A stretch of DNA of 64,000 bases. It comes from an uncultured Acidobacteriota bacterium (GTDB lineage Bacteria; Acidobacteriota; JAQAZP01). Location: NCBI GenBank assembly GCA_963836075.1, contig CAWIIB010000001.1, positions 2,080,001 to 2,144,000 on the forward strand, read 5' to 3'. The notes under the pieces were generated by a model. It saw only the letters and a program-made list of their open reading frames with translations. It made no database searches and was not told the origin of the DNA. The translations under genes were made by a program, and so were the position numbers. Below, piece by piece: positions 9,919-21,170 of the stretch; position 1 is the stretch's first letter, and every line of letters begins with the position of its first letter.

Positions 9919-12894
9919 ATGACCATGATCGTCAAATCCGTCCTCTGCACTCTTCTCCTCTTCGGAGCCCTTCTCTCCCCCACCCTGCCGGCAATGGCCG
10001 GGTCAGAAAAAGAATCCGATGCCTCCATGGCTCCGGTGCGGCTGAAATACGCCACATTCACCCCCGGGGTGGACGAGCCCCGGCCGCCCGCCGGGCTGCA
10101 GGCGGCCAGCGGCGACACGGTGCGGCTGATCCGGGTCTCCGGCCCCCTCAGCTCCGGGCAGATCGAGGCCCTGGAGCAGGCCGGCGCCCAGCTGCTGAGC
10201 TACATTCCGGAGTTCACCTACCTGGCCCGGGTGCCCGGTGAGCATCTTGAGGCCGTCCGCGCCCTGCCCACGGTCACCTGGACCGGCCCGTTCCACGCGG
10301 CCTACAAAATCGATGCGGAATTGCTGAAGACAGACGAGGCCGAAGTCGACGTGAACGTGGTCTACTTCGCCGAGGTGGCAGGCGCCGCGGGCAGCAGCGG
10401 CCTGAAGACCGCCGCCACAGCATTGGGGGCCCGGGTCACGGCCCACGAGGACGGGTATCCCATGGTTCGCCTGCGCATCGCCCCCTCGGCGCTGCCGGCC
10501 CTGGCCGTGCGATCCGAAGTACGCTGGATCGACCGCTGGTCGCCGCCGGTGGCCCAGATGGACCAGATTCGCGACATCCTCGGAGTGACACTTCCCTCGG
10601 TGGACGGTTTCAACGGCGAAGGCATCGTCGGTGAAGTGAAGGACAACGGCATCGACCAGGGGCACCCCGATTTCGGCAACCTGGTCGGCACCTACGGCGG
10701 CCCGGTCACCGATGCCCACGGCACATGCACCTTCGGCATAGTTTTCGGCGACGGCGCCGAGAGCACCAATGCCACCGGCATGATGCCCGGGGCCGGCGGG
10801 GTATTCTGCGATTGGTACGTCGGCCGGGCCTCCTCGGTTGCCAACCTCAAAAACAGCTGGGGCGGGGTCTTCCAGTCCAACAGCTGGAGCCAGGGGTACT
10901 CCGACAGTGACTATGACAGTACCTCCCGGGAAAACGACCAGGCCACGGTGGACAACGACGTGCTGATGTTCTACTCGGCATCCAACAGCAACTACGGCGT
11001 CGGCTCGGAGACCTGTTCCACCGATTCGGTGGGTAAAAACGTGGTCTGCGTGGGCGCCGTTTTTCACCAGAACACTGAAACCCTCAGCGACGACCAGTGG
11101 GAAAACCACGGCTCCGGGTCGACACCGGGCCAGGGCCCGGCCCGGGACGGCCGGATCAAGCCCGACATCATCGCCTTCTTCGACTGGATCTACACCACCG
11201 ACGTCCGCGGCTCCAGCGGGTACTCCAGCGGCAACTATTACAGTGACTTCGGCGGCACCAGCGGCTCCTGCCCCATCGTGGCCGGCGCCGCCGGCCTGGC
11301 CTACCAGATGTATGAGGAAAACCATTTCGGCAACAACCCCTCGGGGGCCACGCCCAAACCGTCGACCATCAAGGCCCTGCTCATCGCCAATGCCTACCAG
11401 TACCCGCTGGACCGGGCCAACCGCTATCGCCAGGGCTGGGGCCTGTCGGACGTGGGCCGGATCCACGAGGCGGCCCACAACCAGCTGATCGTCGACGCCG
11501 ACGTGCCGCTGTCCACCGGGCAGAGCTGGAGCGCCGAAGTGAGCCGGTGGAGCGGTGCCGAACCGCTGAAAATTTCACTGGTCTGGAGCGACGAACCGGG
11601 CGAGACCTCATCCAGCAAGGCCCTGATCAACGATCTGGACCTCAAGGTCACCGCTCCCGACGGCACCATCTACCGCGGCAACAACGGGCTGGTGGACAAT
11701 CTCTGGTCCCTGGAGGCTGGATCCTGGGACCGCTTGAACAACGTGGAGAACGTCTTTATCCAGTCGCCGGAGGACGGCACCTGGACCATCGAGGTGATCG
11801 CCGACAACGTGGCCATGGACAACGACGATGCGGCCGGCGTGAACCAGGCCTTCTCCCTGGTGGCCACCATGGTGGGCAACGGCGGCACTCCCACCACCGC
11901 CACCATCGTTGCCGGTCCGGGAGCCGGACCGGACAACCCGCCGCTGGTCCGCACATTTGACGCCGCCACCAGCGATATGATCAACCAGTGGGACGCCTAC
12001 GGCGCCGTCGGCTACGGGGTCAACGTGGCCGTGGGAAACCTGGGCAGCGGCGCTGTGGTGATCACCGGCGCCGGACCGGGGGCGATCTATGGTCCGCACG
12101 TGCGGGCCTTCTCCGGTGACGGCACTCCGGTGTCCGGGGTCAACTTCCTCGCCTACGGAACCAGCAAGTTCGGGGCCAACGTGGCGGCCGGCGACATCGA
12201 CCGCGACGGCAATGACGAGATCATCACCGGCGCCGGACCGGGGGCCGTCTTCGGGCCCCACGTGCGCGCCTGGAATGTGGACGGCGGCGCGGCCGCAGCT
12301 ATCAGCGGTATCAGCTACTTTGCCTACGGGACGCTCAAGTGGGGCGTCAACGTGGCCTGCGGCGACCTGGACGGCGACGGCTATGACGAGATCGTCACCG
12401 GCGCCGGTCCGGGGTCCGTGTTCGGACCCCACGTGCGCGGGTGGAACGTGGACGGCGGCTCCACCGCCGCACCCATGGCCGGGGTCAGCTACTTCGCATA
12501 CAGCACCCTGCAATATGGCGTCAATGTGGTCTGCGGCGACCTCGACGGTGACGGGATGGACGAAATCGTCACCGGCGCCGGCCCCGGGGCCATCTTCAGC
12601 CCCCACGTGCGCGGCTGGAACATCGACGGCAGTGCGGCCGCACCCATGCCCGGGATCAGTTTCTTCGCCTACGAGTCCGGCCTCTACGGCGTGGCGGTGG
12701 GCGCGGCCGACGTGGACGGCGACGGCAGGGAAGAGATCCTGACCATGCCGGGCTCCGATCCTGCCCGGGGAACCCGCATCCGGGCCTGGAACGTGGATAG
12801 CGGCACGGTGACCATGGTGCCCGGCATCGATTTCGCGGCTTACAGCGATATGGGCCTGACCTATGGTGGGAAAATCGCCGGCGGCGCCATTTGA
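9919..12894 (+). CDS. Secreted S8 (subtilisin-like) protease 1 with C-terminal FG-GAP-like repeat module
   Basis: Signal peptide, propeptide, triad EVKDNGID / AHGTCTFG / FGGTSGSCP, GRIKPDI, LINDLDL..NNVE beta-sandwich, six GPHVR/DxDGDG repeats. Confidence 0.93.
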   Translation: MTMIVKSVLCTLLLFGALLSPTLPAMAGSEKESDASMAPVRLKYATFTPGVDEPRPPAGLQAASGDTVRLIRVSGPLSSGQIEALEQAGAQLLSYIPEFTYLARVPGEHLEAVRALPTVTWTGPFHAAYKIDAELLKTDEAEVDVNVVYFAEVAGAAGSSGLKTAATALGARVTAHEDGYPMVRLRIAPSALPALAVRSEVRWIDRWSPPVAQMDQIRDILGVTLPSVDGFNGEGIVGEVKDNGIDQGHPDFGNLVGTYGGPVTDAHGTCTFGIVFGDGAESTNATGMMPGAGGVFCDWYVGRASSVANLKNSWGGVFQSNSWSQGYSDSDYDSTSRENDQATVDNDVLMFYSASNSNYGVGSETCSTDSVGKNVVCVGAVFHQNTETLSDDQWENHGSGSTPGQGPARDGRIKPDIIAFFDWIYTTDVRGSSGYSSGNYYSDFGGTSGSCPIVAGAAGLAYQMYEENHFGNNPSGATPKPSTIKALLIANAYQYPLDRANRYRQGWGLSDVGRIHEAAHNQLIVDADVPLSTGQSWSAEVSRWSGAEPLKISLVWSDEPGETSSSKALINDLDLKVTAPDGTIYRGNNGLVDNLWSLEAGSWDRLNNVENVFIQSPEDGTWTIEVIADNVAMDNDDAAGVNQAFSLVATMVGNGGTPTTATIVAGPGAGPDNPPLVRTFDAATSDMINQWDAYGAVGYGVNVAVGNLGSGAVVITGAGPGAIYGPHVRAFSGDGTPVSGVNFLAYGTSKFGANVAAGDIDRDGNDEIITGAGPGAVFGPHVRAWNVDGGAAAAISGISYFAYGTLKWGVNVACGDLDGDGYDEIVTGAGPGSVFGPHVRGWNVDGGSTAAPMAGVSYFAYSTLQYGVNVVCGDLDGDGMDEIVTGAGPGAIFSPHVRGWNIDGSAAAPMPGISFFAYESGLYGVAVGAADVDGDGREEILTMPGSDPARGTRIRAWNVDSGTVTMVPGIDFAAYSDMGLTYGGKIAGGAI

Positions 12895-13134
12895 CCGTTT
12901 GAAGAAGGACAAATCACACCATTTTGGTAAAAATGTATGGCTGTGACCAAAATAATTGGTCGAAATGGTGGGATACAGTGTTAAGCTAATCTTTTCGATC
13001 CGGTACTGTGCGGCAACCACTGTGCCGGGATTTTGATGATTGTTGTCTTCCGAACACGGAATTACCATCCGGGTAACATATCTGCTACGGCCGGTGACCG
13101 GACCGCGTCCCGGCAGCCACCCAGGGAGAGGATC

Positions 13135-16100
13135 ATGCCTTTGACATCCAATGGCCTTCGTCTGTTAACCGCGATCATCGTCTGTGCGCTACTGGTGCCC
13201 ACCGGCACCGTTGCCGCAGCTGATCTTTCCGCTTCGAGCAGCTCCCTGGAGAGCAGCCGGGTCCGCCTCGACTTCGGCGTATTCCGCCCCGGCGAGAGCG
13301 AGCTCGATATCCCTTCGGCCTACCAGGCCACCGCGGCCCATGAGCTGCGCATCATCCAGACCGACGGTCCGATGACCACGGCCAAAATGCGCAGCCTCGA
13401 GATGGCCGGCGTGCAGATCCTCGGCTACATCCCCGACTACAACTACCTCGCCCGCCTCAGCGAAGGGCAGAAGAGCGCCGTGCTCTCCGTGCCCGCGGTG
13501 ACCTGGATCGGCGACTTCCACCCGGCGTTCAAGATGCAGCAGGAACTGCTCACCCAGTCCACGGGCACGGTCAAGGTAGTGCTGGGCTATTTCGACCAGC
13601 TGTTCCCGGGCGGCGACCCGGCTTCGCTGAAACAGGCCATCTGGGGCCTGGGCGGAGAAATCATCAAGGACCTGCCCTCGGACACCATGATGCACGTGGA
13701 GCTGCCCGCTTCCTCCCTGCCCGCCCTGGCCGGGATCACCGAGGTGAGCGCCATCGAGAAGTGGTACCCGCTCAAGCAGCACATGGACCACATCAAGTCG
13801 CAAACCGGTGCGCTGGTGAGCCACCTGGCTGACTGGGACGGTTCGGGGATCATCGGCGAGGTCAAGGACGCCGGTGTCGACCAGGAGCACATCGACTTCG
13901 GCAACATGATCGGCACCTATGGCGGCCCCATCGTCGACCCGCACGGCACCTGCTGCTTCGGCATCGTCTTCTCCGACGGCCACAACTACGAGACCACCGG
14001 CAACTCTTCCAGCGCCATCGCCATCGGCATGATGCGCAACGGCGAAGGCGTATTCGCCGACTGGCAGACCTCCATCGGCAATTCGCTCTTCGACCTGGCC
14101 AACAACTGGGGCGAGGTGGGTGGCCGGTTCCAGACCAACAGCTGGGGCACCGACGACAACGGCAGCTACTCCCAGGTACTCGATGAACAACGACAAGCAC
14201 TCCAACACCTACGACATCCTGGTCCTGCAGTCGGGCGGCAACGATGGCCTGGAGCCCGGCAGAGTCGGCAGCCACTCGGCGGCGAAGAACGTGATCTGCG
14301 CCGGCGCCCTGCGCTGCGGCGACAACGACGATCGCGCCGGCGACGCCTGGAGGATGGGCGGTTCGGGTAACACCCCCTGCCAGGGCCCCACCGATGACGG
14401 CCGGGTCAAGCCCGACCTGGTGGCCAACTTCGACTGGATTTTCTGCACCGACATCATGGGAGCCGCCGGCTATTCCGTAGGCCCCTATACCCGGGACTTC
14501 GGCGGCACCAGCGGCTCCTGCCCGATCATCGCCGGCGCGGCCGGCCTGACCTACCAGATGTGCGAAGAGAACCATTTCGGCAACAACCCCGGCGGGGACA
14601 AGCCACTGAACTCCACGGTGAAGGGCCTGCTCATCGCCAACGCCTACCAGTATGACTTCGATGACGCCACCCGCTACCAGCAGGGCTGGGGCTACGTCGA
14701 CGTGGCCCGGGTGAGCGCCACGGGGCCCTACACCTTCGTGCAGGACGGCGGGATCAACCTGGAGACCGGCGAAAACTGGTCCACCACGGTCACCCGCTAC
14801 AGCGGCGCCGAACCGCTGAAAATCACCCTCTGCTACGCCGACTACCAGGGCGTTGCCGGGGCCAACCCCTCCCTGGTCAACGACCTGGATCTCAAGGTCA
14901 CCGCCCCTGACTCCACGGTCTACTGGGGCAACAACGGCCTGATTGAAAACCTCTACTCCACCGCCGGCGGCAGCGGCGACCGGCTGAACAACGTGGAGAA
15001 CGTGTTCATCCAGTCACCCATGGCCGGCACCTGGACCATCGAGGTCATCGCCCACAACATCGCCATCGACCGGATTGAGGAGACCGCCGAAGTGGACCAG
15101 CACTTCTCGCTGATCGCCACCATGGTGGCCGGCGACCCGATCACCTCCATCGTCACCGGCCCCGGCCCCCGGGCCAGCAACCGCCCGCTGGTCCGCACCT
15201 GGGACGCCGCCACCGGCCTCTGCCGTTACGAGTGGCGGGCCTACGGCGCTGACGAATACGGCGTCAACGTGGCCTGCGGCGACATCAACAACGACGGCAT
15301 CGACGAGATCATCACCGGCGCCGGTCCGGGCGCCGTGTTCGGCCCCCACGTCCGCGCCTTCAACTCCATGGGCACCCCGATTGCCGGGGTGAACTACTTC
15401 GCCTACGGCACCAACAAATACGGCGTCAACGTGGCCTGCGGCGACATTGACAACGACGGCGTCGACGAGATCATCACCGGCGCCGGTCCGGGCGCCGTGT
15501 TCGGCCCCCACGTCCGCGGCTGGAACGTGGACGGCGGCACGCCCACCTCGATCAGCGGCGTCAACTACTTCGCCTACGGAACGCCCAAGTGGGGCGTCAA
15601 CGTGGCCTGCGGCGACCTGGACGGTGACGGATACGACGAAATCGTCTCCGGCGCCGGACCGGGCTCGGTCTACGGCCCCCACGTCCGCGGCTGGAACTTC
15701 GACGGCTCCGGCAGCGCCGCCCCCATCCAGGGGGTGAGCTTCTTTGCCTACGGCACCCTGAAGTTCGGGGTCAACGTGGCCTGCGGCGACATCGACGGTG
15801 ACGGGATGGACGAGATCATCACCGGCGCCGGCCCCGGCGAAATCTTCGGTCCCCACGTCCGGGCCTGGAACGTGGACGGCGGCGCGGCCACCTCGGTCAG
15901 CGGGGTCAACTTCTTTGCCTATGACGGTACGCTCTTCGGCGCCTTTGTGGCCGCCCTCGACGTGGACGGCGACGGCATGGACGAGATCCTCACCATGCCG
16001 GGACCCCAGCCGGGAACCGAGGCCATGGTCCGCGGCTGGAACGTGGACGGCGGCGCGGCAACGATGATCCCGGAACTGGACTACAATGCCTACCGCGACG

Positions 16101-16150
16101 AGCGCTACGAGTTCACCTACGGCGGCAAGATCGCCGGTGGAACGTTCTAG
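13135..16150 (+). CDS. Secreted S8 protease 2; apparent +1 frameshift at ~14176 (probably artefactual)
   Basis: GGAGAGG RBS and signal peptide. ORF 13033-14370 holds the catalytic Asp and His; ORF 14120-16150 holds the Ser and the repeats. Removing one base in CAG-G-TAC joins them colinearly with protease 1. Confidence 0.85.
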
Positions 16151-16169
16151 GCGATAACAGCGTCAACCA

Positions 16170-16220
16170 GCGCCCGGGAGTCCTCCGCTTCGGCAGGGAC
16201 TTCCGGGCGTTTCTTTTTTC
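16170..16220 (+). terminator. Intrinsic terminator after protease 2
   Basis: CGCCCGGGAGTCC..GC-TTCG-GC..GGACTTCCGGGCG followed by TTTCTTTTTT. Confidence 0.82.
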
Positions 16221-16473
16221 AGTGCCATTTGACCGCTCAGAAAAGGACAATTTTCACCGTTCGGGTAAGAAAAATACAGCTCATGCAAAAAAAATGGTCT
16301 GAACTGGCGGGATACAGTGTTAAACTGATATTTGTGCGGCCCGGTATCGTGCGGCAACCGCGATGCCGGGTTTTTTATGATTGTTGCCATTCGACCACGG
16401 AATTGCCATCCGGGATTTTTCTGCTACGGCCGGGAATCGGACAGCGACCCGGCAGCCACCCAGGGAGAGGATC

Positions 16474-19400
16474 ATGCCTTTGACATCCAATGGCCTTCGT
16501 CTGTTAACCGCGATCATCGTCTGCGCGCTACTGGTGCCCACCGGCACCGTTGCCGCAGCTGATCTTTCCGCTTCGAGCAGCTCCCTGGAGAGCAGCCGGG
16601 TCCGCCTCGACTTCGGCGTATTCCGCCCCGGCGAGAGCGAGCTCGATATCCCTTCGGCCTACCAGGCCACCGCGGCCCATGAGCTGCGCATCATCCAGAC
16701 CGACGGTCCGATGACCACGGCCAAAATGCGCAGCCTCGAGATGGCCGGCGTGCAGATCCTCGGCTACATCCCCGACTACAACTACCTCGCCCGCCTCAGC
16801 GAAGGGCAGAAGAGCGCCGTGCTCTCCGTGCCCGCGGTGACCTGGATCGGCGACTTCCACCCGGCGTTCAAGATGCAGCAGGAACTGCTCACCCAGTCCA
16901 CGGGCACGGTCAAGGTAGTGCTGGGCTACTTCGACCAGTTGTTCCCGGGCGGCGACCCGGCTTCGCTGAAGCAGACCATCTGGGGCCTGGGCGGCGAGAT
17001 CTTCAAGGACATGCCCTCGGACACCATGATGCACGTGGAGCTGCCCGCATCGGCCCTCCCCGCCCTTGCCGGAGTCACCGAAGTGAGCTCTGTCGAAAAG
17101 TGGTTCCCGCTCAAGCAGAACATGGACCACATCAAGTCGCTGACCGGCGGACTGGTGAGCCACCTGGCCGAGTGGGACGGTGAAGGTATCGTCGGCGAGG
17201 TCAAGGACGCCGGTGTCGACCAGGATCACATCGACTTCGGCAACATGATCGGCACCTATGGCGGCCCCATCGTGGACCCCCACGGCACCTGCTGCTTCGG
17301 CATCGTCTTCGCCGACGGCCACAACTACGAGACCACCGGCAACTCTTCCAGCGCCATCGCCATCGGCATGATGCGCAACGGCAGCGGCGTATTCGCCGAC
17401 TGGCAGACCTCCATCGGCAACTCGCTCTTCGACCTTTTCAACAACTGGGGCGGCCGGTTCCAGACCAACAGCTGGAGCACCGACGACAACGGCAGTTACT
17501 CCCAGCTACTCGATGAACAACGACAAGCACTCCAACACCTACAACATCCTGGTCCTCCAGTCGGCAGGCAACGACGGCCAGTTGGGGCCTGGTTCCATCA
17601 GCAGCCACTCGGCGGCGAAGAACGTGATCTGCGCCGGCGCCCTGCGTTGCGGCGACAACGACAACCGCGACGGAGACGGCTGGTGGATGGGCGGGGCCGG
17701 CTCCACGCCCGGACAGGGACCCGCCGACGACGGCCGGGTCAAGCCCGACCTGACGGCCAACTTCGACTGGATTTTCTGCACCGACATCATGGGAACCGCC
17801 GGCTATTCCGCGGGCCCGTACTACCGCGACTTCGGCGGCACCAGCGGCTCCTGCCCGATCATTGCCGGTGCGGCCGGCCTGGTTTACCAGATGTGCGAGG
17901 AAAACCATTTCGGCAACAACCCCGGCGGTGAGATGCCGCTGAATTCCACGGTGAAGGGACTGCTCATCGCCAACGCCTACCAGTATTCCCTCGACGACGC
18001 CACCCGCTACCAGCAGGGCTGGGGCTACGTCGACGTGGGCCGGGTGAGCGCCACGGGGCCCTACACCTTTGTGCAGGACGGCGGGATCAACCTGGAGACC
18101 GGCGAAAACTGGTCCACCACGGTCACCCGCTACAGCGGCCTCGAGCCGCTGAAGATCACCCTCTGCTACGCCGACTACCAGGGCGTTGCCGGGGCCAACC
18201 CTGCCCTGGTCAACGACCTGGACCTCAAGGTCACCGCACCTGACTCCACGGTCTACTGGGGCAACAACGGCCTGATGGACAACCTCTACTCCACCGCCGG
18301 CGGCAGCGGAGACCGGATCAACAACGTGGAGAACGTGTTCATCCAGTCGCCCATGGCCGGCACCTGGACCATCGAGGTCATCGCCCACAACATCGCCATC
18401 GACCGGATTGAGGAGACCGCCGAAGTGGACCAGCACTTCTCGCTGATCGCCACCATGGTGGCCGGCGACCCGATCACCTCCATCGTCACCGGCCCCGGCC
18501 CCCGGGCCAACAACCGCCCGCTGGTCCGCACCTGGGACGCCGCCACCGGCCTCTGCCGTTACGAGTGGCGGGCCTACGGCGCTGACGAATACGGCGTCAA
18601 CGTGGCCTGCGGCGACATCAACAACGACGGCATCGACGAGATCATCACCGGCGCCGGTCCGGGCGCCGTGTTCGGCCCCCACGTCCGCGCCTTCAACTCC
18701 ATGGGCACCCCGATTGCCGGGGTGAACTACTTCGCCTACGGCACCAACAAATACGGCGTCAACGTGGCCTGCGGCGACATTGACAACGACGGCGTCGACG
18801 AGATCATCACCGGCGCCGGTCCGGGCGCCGTGTTCGGCCCCCACGTCCGCGGCTGGAACGTGGACGGCGGCACGCCCACCTCGATCAGCGGCGTCAACTA
18901 CTTCGCCTACGGAACGCCCAAGTGGGGCGTCAACGTGGCCTGCGGCGACCTGGACGGTGACGGATACGACGAAATCGTCTCCGGCGCCGGACCGGGCTCG
19001 GTCTACGGCCCCCACGTCCGCGGCTGGAACTTCGACGGCTCCGGCAGCGCCGCCCCCATCCAGGGGGTGAGCTTCTTTGCCTACGGCACCCTGAAGTTCG
19101 GGGTCAACGTGGCCTGCGGCGACATCGACGGTGACGGGATGGACGAGATCATCACCGGCGCCGGCCCCGGCGAAATCTTCGGTCCCCACGTCCGGGCCTG
19201 GAACGTGGACGGCGGCGCGGCCACCTCGGTCAGCGGGGTCAACTTCTTTGCCTATGACGGTACGCTCTTCGGCGCCTTTGTGGCCGCCCTCGACGTGGAC
19301 GGCGACGGCATGGACGAGATCCTCACCATGCCGGGACCCCAGCCGGGAACCGAGGCCATGGTCCGCGGCTGGAACGTGGACGGCGGCGCGGCAACGATGA

Positions 19401-19483
19401 TCCCGGAACTGGACTACAATGCCTACCGCGACGAGCGCTACGAGTTCACCTACGGCGGCAAGATCGCCGGTGGAACGTTCTAG
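16474..19483 (+). CDS. Secreted S8 protease 3; apparent +1 frameshift at ~17506 (probably artefactual)
   Basis: Paralog of protease 2, split at the homologous position (CAG-C-TAC); all catalytic motifs retained. Confidence 0.85.
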
Positions 19484-19502
19484 GCGATAACAGCGTCAAC
19501 CA

Positions 19503-19548
19503 GCGCCCGGGAGTCCTCCGCTTCGGCAGGGACTTCCGGGCGTTTTTC
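19503..19548 (+). terminator. Intrinsic terminator after protease 3
   Basis: Same hairpin as 16170-16220, followed by TTTTT. Confidence 0.8.
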
Positions 19549-19598
19549 TGTACGGGCGCCGTGAGCGTGGCCGGGAGTGGGTATGACATCAGCTGATT

Positions 19599-19946
19599 TC
19601 AGGAGAGCGGGGTGAGGCTCACCGTGGCCCCCTCCTGGAAGACCAGCAGCAGGTTACCGGTGTATTTCGAGCGGGAGACGATGAACTTGGACTGGGAAGC
19701 GATGCCCTCCTCTTCCGGCTTCAACCGGTCGCCCTTGAACCTGAGAGTGAAGGAGTCGTCGGGCTCCTTGTGAAACGTGCCGTAGAACCCGGTGCTGAAG
19801 CTGAAGCTGAAGTCGCGGGACCCGTCACTGGTGAATACGGCCTCCACCCCGTCATCGTAGACCACCTGGTATTGCGGCACATCCTCCAGGCCCAGCTCAA
19901 TGGTCTGGCCGACCTTGTAGCGGCGTGAGAGCGCCAGCGGAGTCAC
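19599..19946 (-). CDS. Small hypothetical protein
   Basis: GTG start just after the upstream stop, with GGAG; protein-like composition; no recognised motif. Confidence 0.55.
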   Translation of the reverse strand: MTPLALSRRYKVGQTIELGLEDVPQYQVVYDDGVEAVFTSDGSRDFSFSFSTGFYGTFHKEPDDSFTLRFKGDRLKPEEEGIASQSKFIVSRSKYTGNLLLVFQEGATVSLTPLS

Positions 19947-19949
19947 CTT

Positions 19950-20945
19950 TTACTCCCCCACCACCCGGTGGGCCTGAGCCACTACCGCACCGGGAATCTC
20001 GAGGCCCTGCCGCCGCGCCTCCGCGGGGTTGACCCACAGTTCCTGAACCACCACTTCCTCGATAGGTATCGACGCCGGATCTTCACCGGCCAACACCCGC
20101 GCGGCCATGCGGCCGCCGGCCAGGCCCGAGCGGTAGAAGTTGAACCCCATGGAAACGGCCGCGCCCCGCGGGCAGAGGTCGTTGTCGTTGATCAGCAACG
20201 GGATCTGCCGCCGGCGGGCCACCTCCACCAGGGCTTCGAAATTCACCAGCACCGTATTGTCCCCGGTGATGTAAAACAGGCCCACACCCTGGTCGGCCAG
20301 CAGCTCCGCCGCCGGCCCGACCTCGGCGGGACTGTCCACCAGGATCTCCGCCAGTTCGATTCCCATGGCCTGGCAGACCTGCCGGCCCACCTTGAGGCTG
20401 GAAGCGGAACAGACTTCGGCCGGATGGCGGATGGTGCCGATGCGGGTCAGGTCGGGCACCAGCTGGCGGGCCAGGGCCAGGGTTTCAGCCACCGGGGGGA
20501 AGGAGGCCACACCACAGACCGTGGGCAGGTGGTCTTCCGCTGACTTCGCCGCCCCGGCCCGATAGGGGTCGTAGACCGCGGCAAACACCACCGGCACCGT
20601 GGCGCCGGTGGTGATGGCCGCCTGCAGCCCGGGCGTGGTGAGGGCGATGATCAGGTCCTTTGGTTCGTCGGCGAACCGCCTGGCGATCTCCTGGGTGGCG
20701 GCATAATCTCCATCGCCCTGCCGGATCTCCAGGTCCACCAACCCGCCGTGGACGTATCCGGCCTCGGCCAGCGCGTCCACCACTCCCTGCCGGGCACTGT
20801 CGATGGTGGGATCGGGCCCGAACTGGAGAATCCCCACCCGGAGCGGGGCACGGCCGCCGGAATCGCCACAACCGGACAGCCCGGTCAACACCGCCAATCC
20901 GGTGAGGAGCAACAAGCAGATGATGCGACTTGATGAAATATCCAT
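19950..20945 (-). CDS. ABC transporter substrate-binding lipoprotein (ABC_sub_bind type)
   Basis: Lipobox LSGC; PVVFAAVYDP..AG, DNTV and G..AGRMAARVLAGEDPASIP motifs. Confidence 0.88.
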   Translation of the reverse strand: MDISSSRIICLLLLTGLAVLTGLSGCGDSGGRAPLRVGILQFGPDPTIDSARQGVVDALAEAGYVHGGLVDLEIRQGDGDYAATQEIARRFADEPKDLIIALTTPGLQAAITTGATVPVVFAAVYDPYRAGAAKSAEDHLPTVCGVASFPPVAETLALARQLVPDLTRIGTIRHPAEVCSASSLKVGRQVCQAMGIELAEILVDSPAEVGPAAELLADQGVGLFYITGDNTVLVNFEALVEVARRRQIPLLINDNDLCPRGAAVSMGFNFYRSGLAGGRMAARVLAGEDPASIPIEEVVVQELWVNPAEARRQGLEIPGAVVAQAHRVVGE

Positions 20946-21170
20946 GAGGCGTCCACCCTGTGGGTCGAGGATACGGGATAATCCTCGGGTATTCAACTGC
21001 AGGATACCGGCGGCACTGGCCTCGATCGTCACTGGCGACTATGATGATGGTCGCGAGATCAGGCTAGGCGATGTTGCTACCGAGCGACATCAGGGAGCGT
21101 AGCGACAGGAGCGAAGAGCAACATCGCCTGGCCTGCCGCCGACATCTTGCACGATGAAAGGGAAAGAACT

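Larger units (their letters stand above)
13110..19545 (+). repeat. Direct tandem duplication, unit ~3.33 kb (S8 proteases 2 and 3 with RBS and terminator)
   Basis: Offset 3339 at the start codons, 3333 at the stops; near-identical 5' ~450 nt and 3' ~1.2 kb including the terminator. Confidence 0.95.

Noticed and set aside
14173-17509. Quadruplet CAGN decoding by a frameshift-suppressor tRNA
   Set aside because: Does not explain the sulfatase site (CAG out of frame) or the GT2 site (extra base after TAC); in-frame CAG codons elsewhere read normally.
11905-19483. Regularly spaced DNA repeats resembling a CRISPR array or a DGR template/variable pair
   Set aside because: They are ~165-nt in-frame coding repeats with no unique spacers; no cas or reverse transcriptase gene; differences are not adenine-specific.
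13135-19483. Calling proteases 2 and 3 (and the other three split genes) true pseudogenes
   Set aside because: Only one lesion each, all at CAGTAC; catalytic motifs intact and other indels preserve frame.
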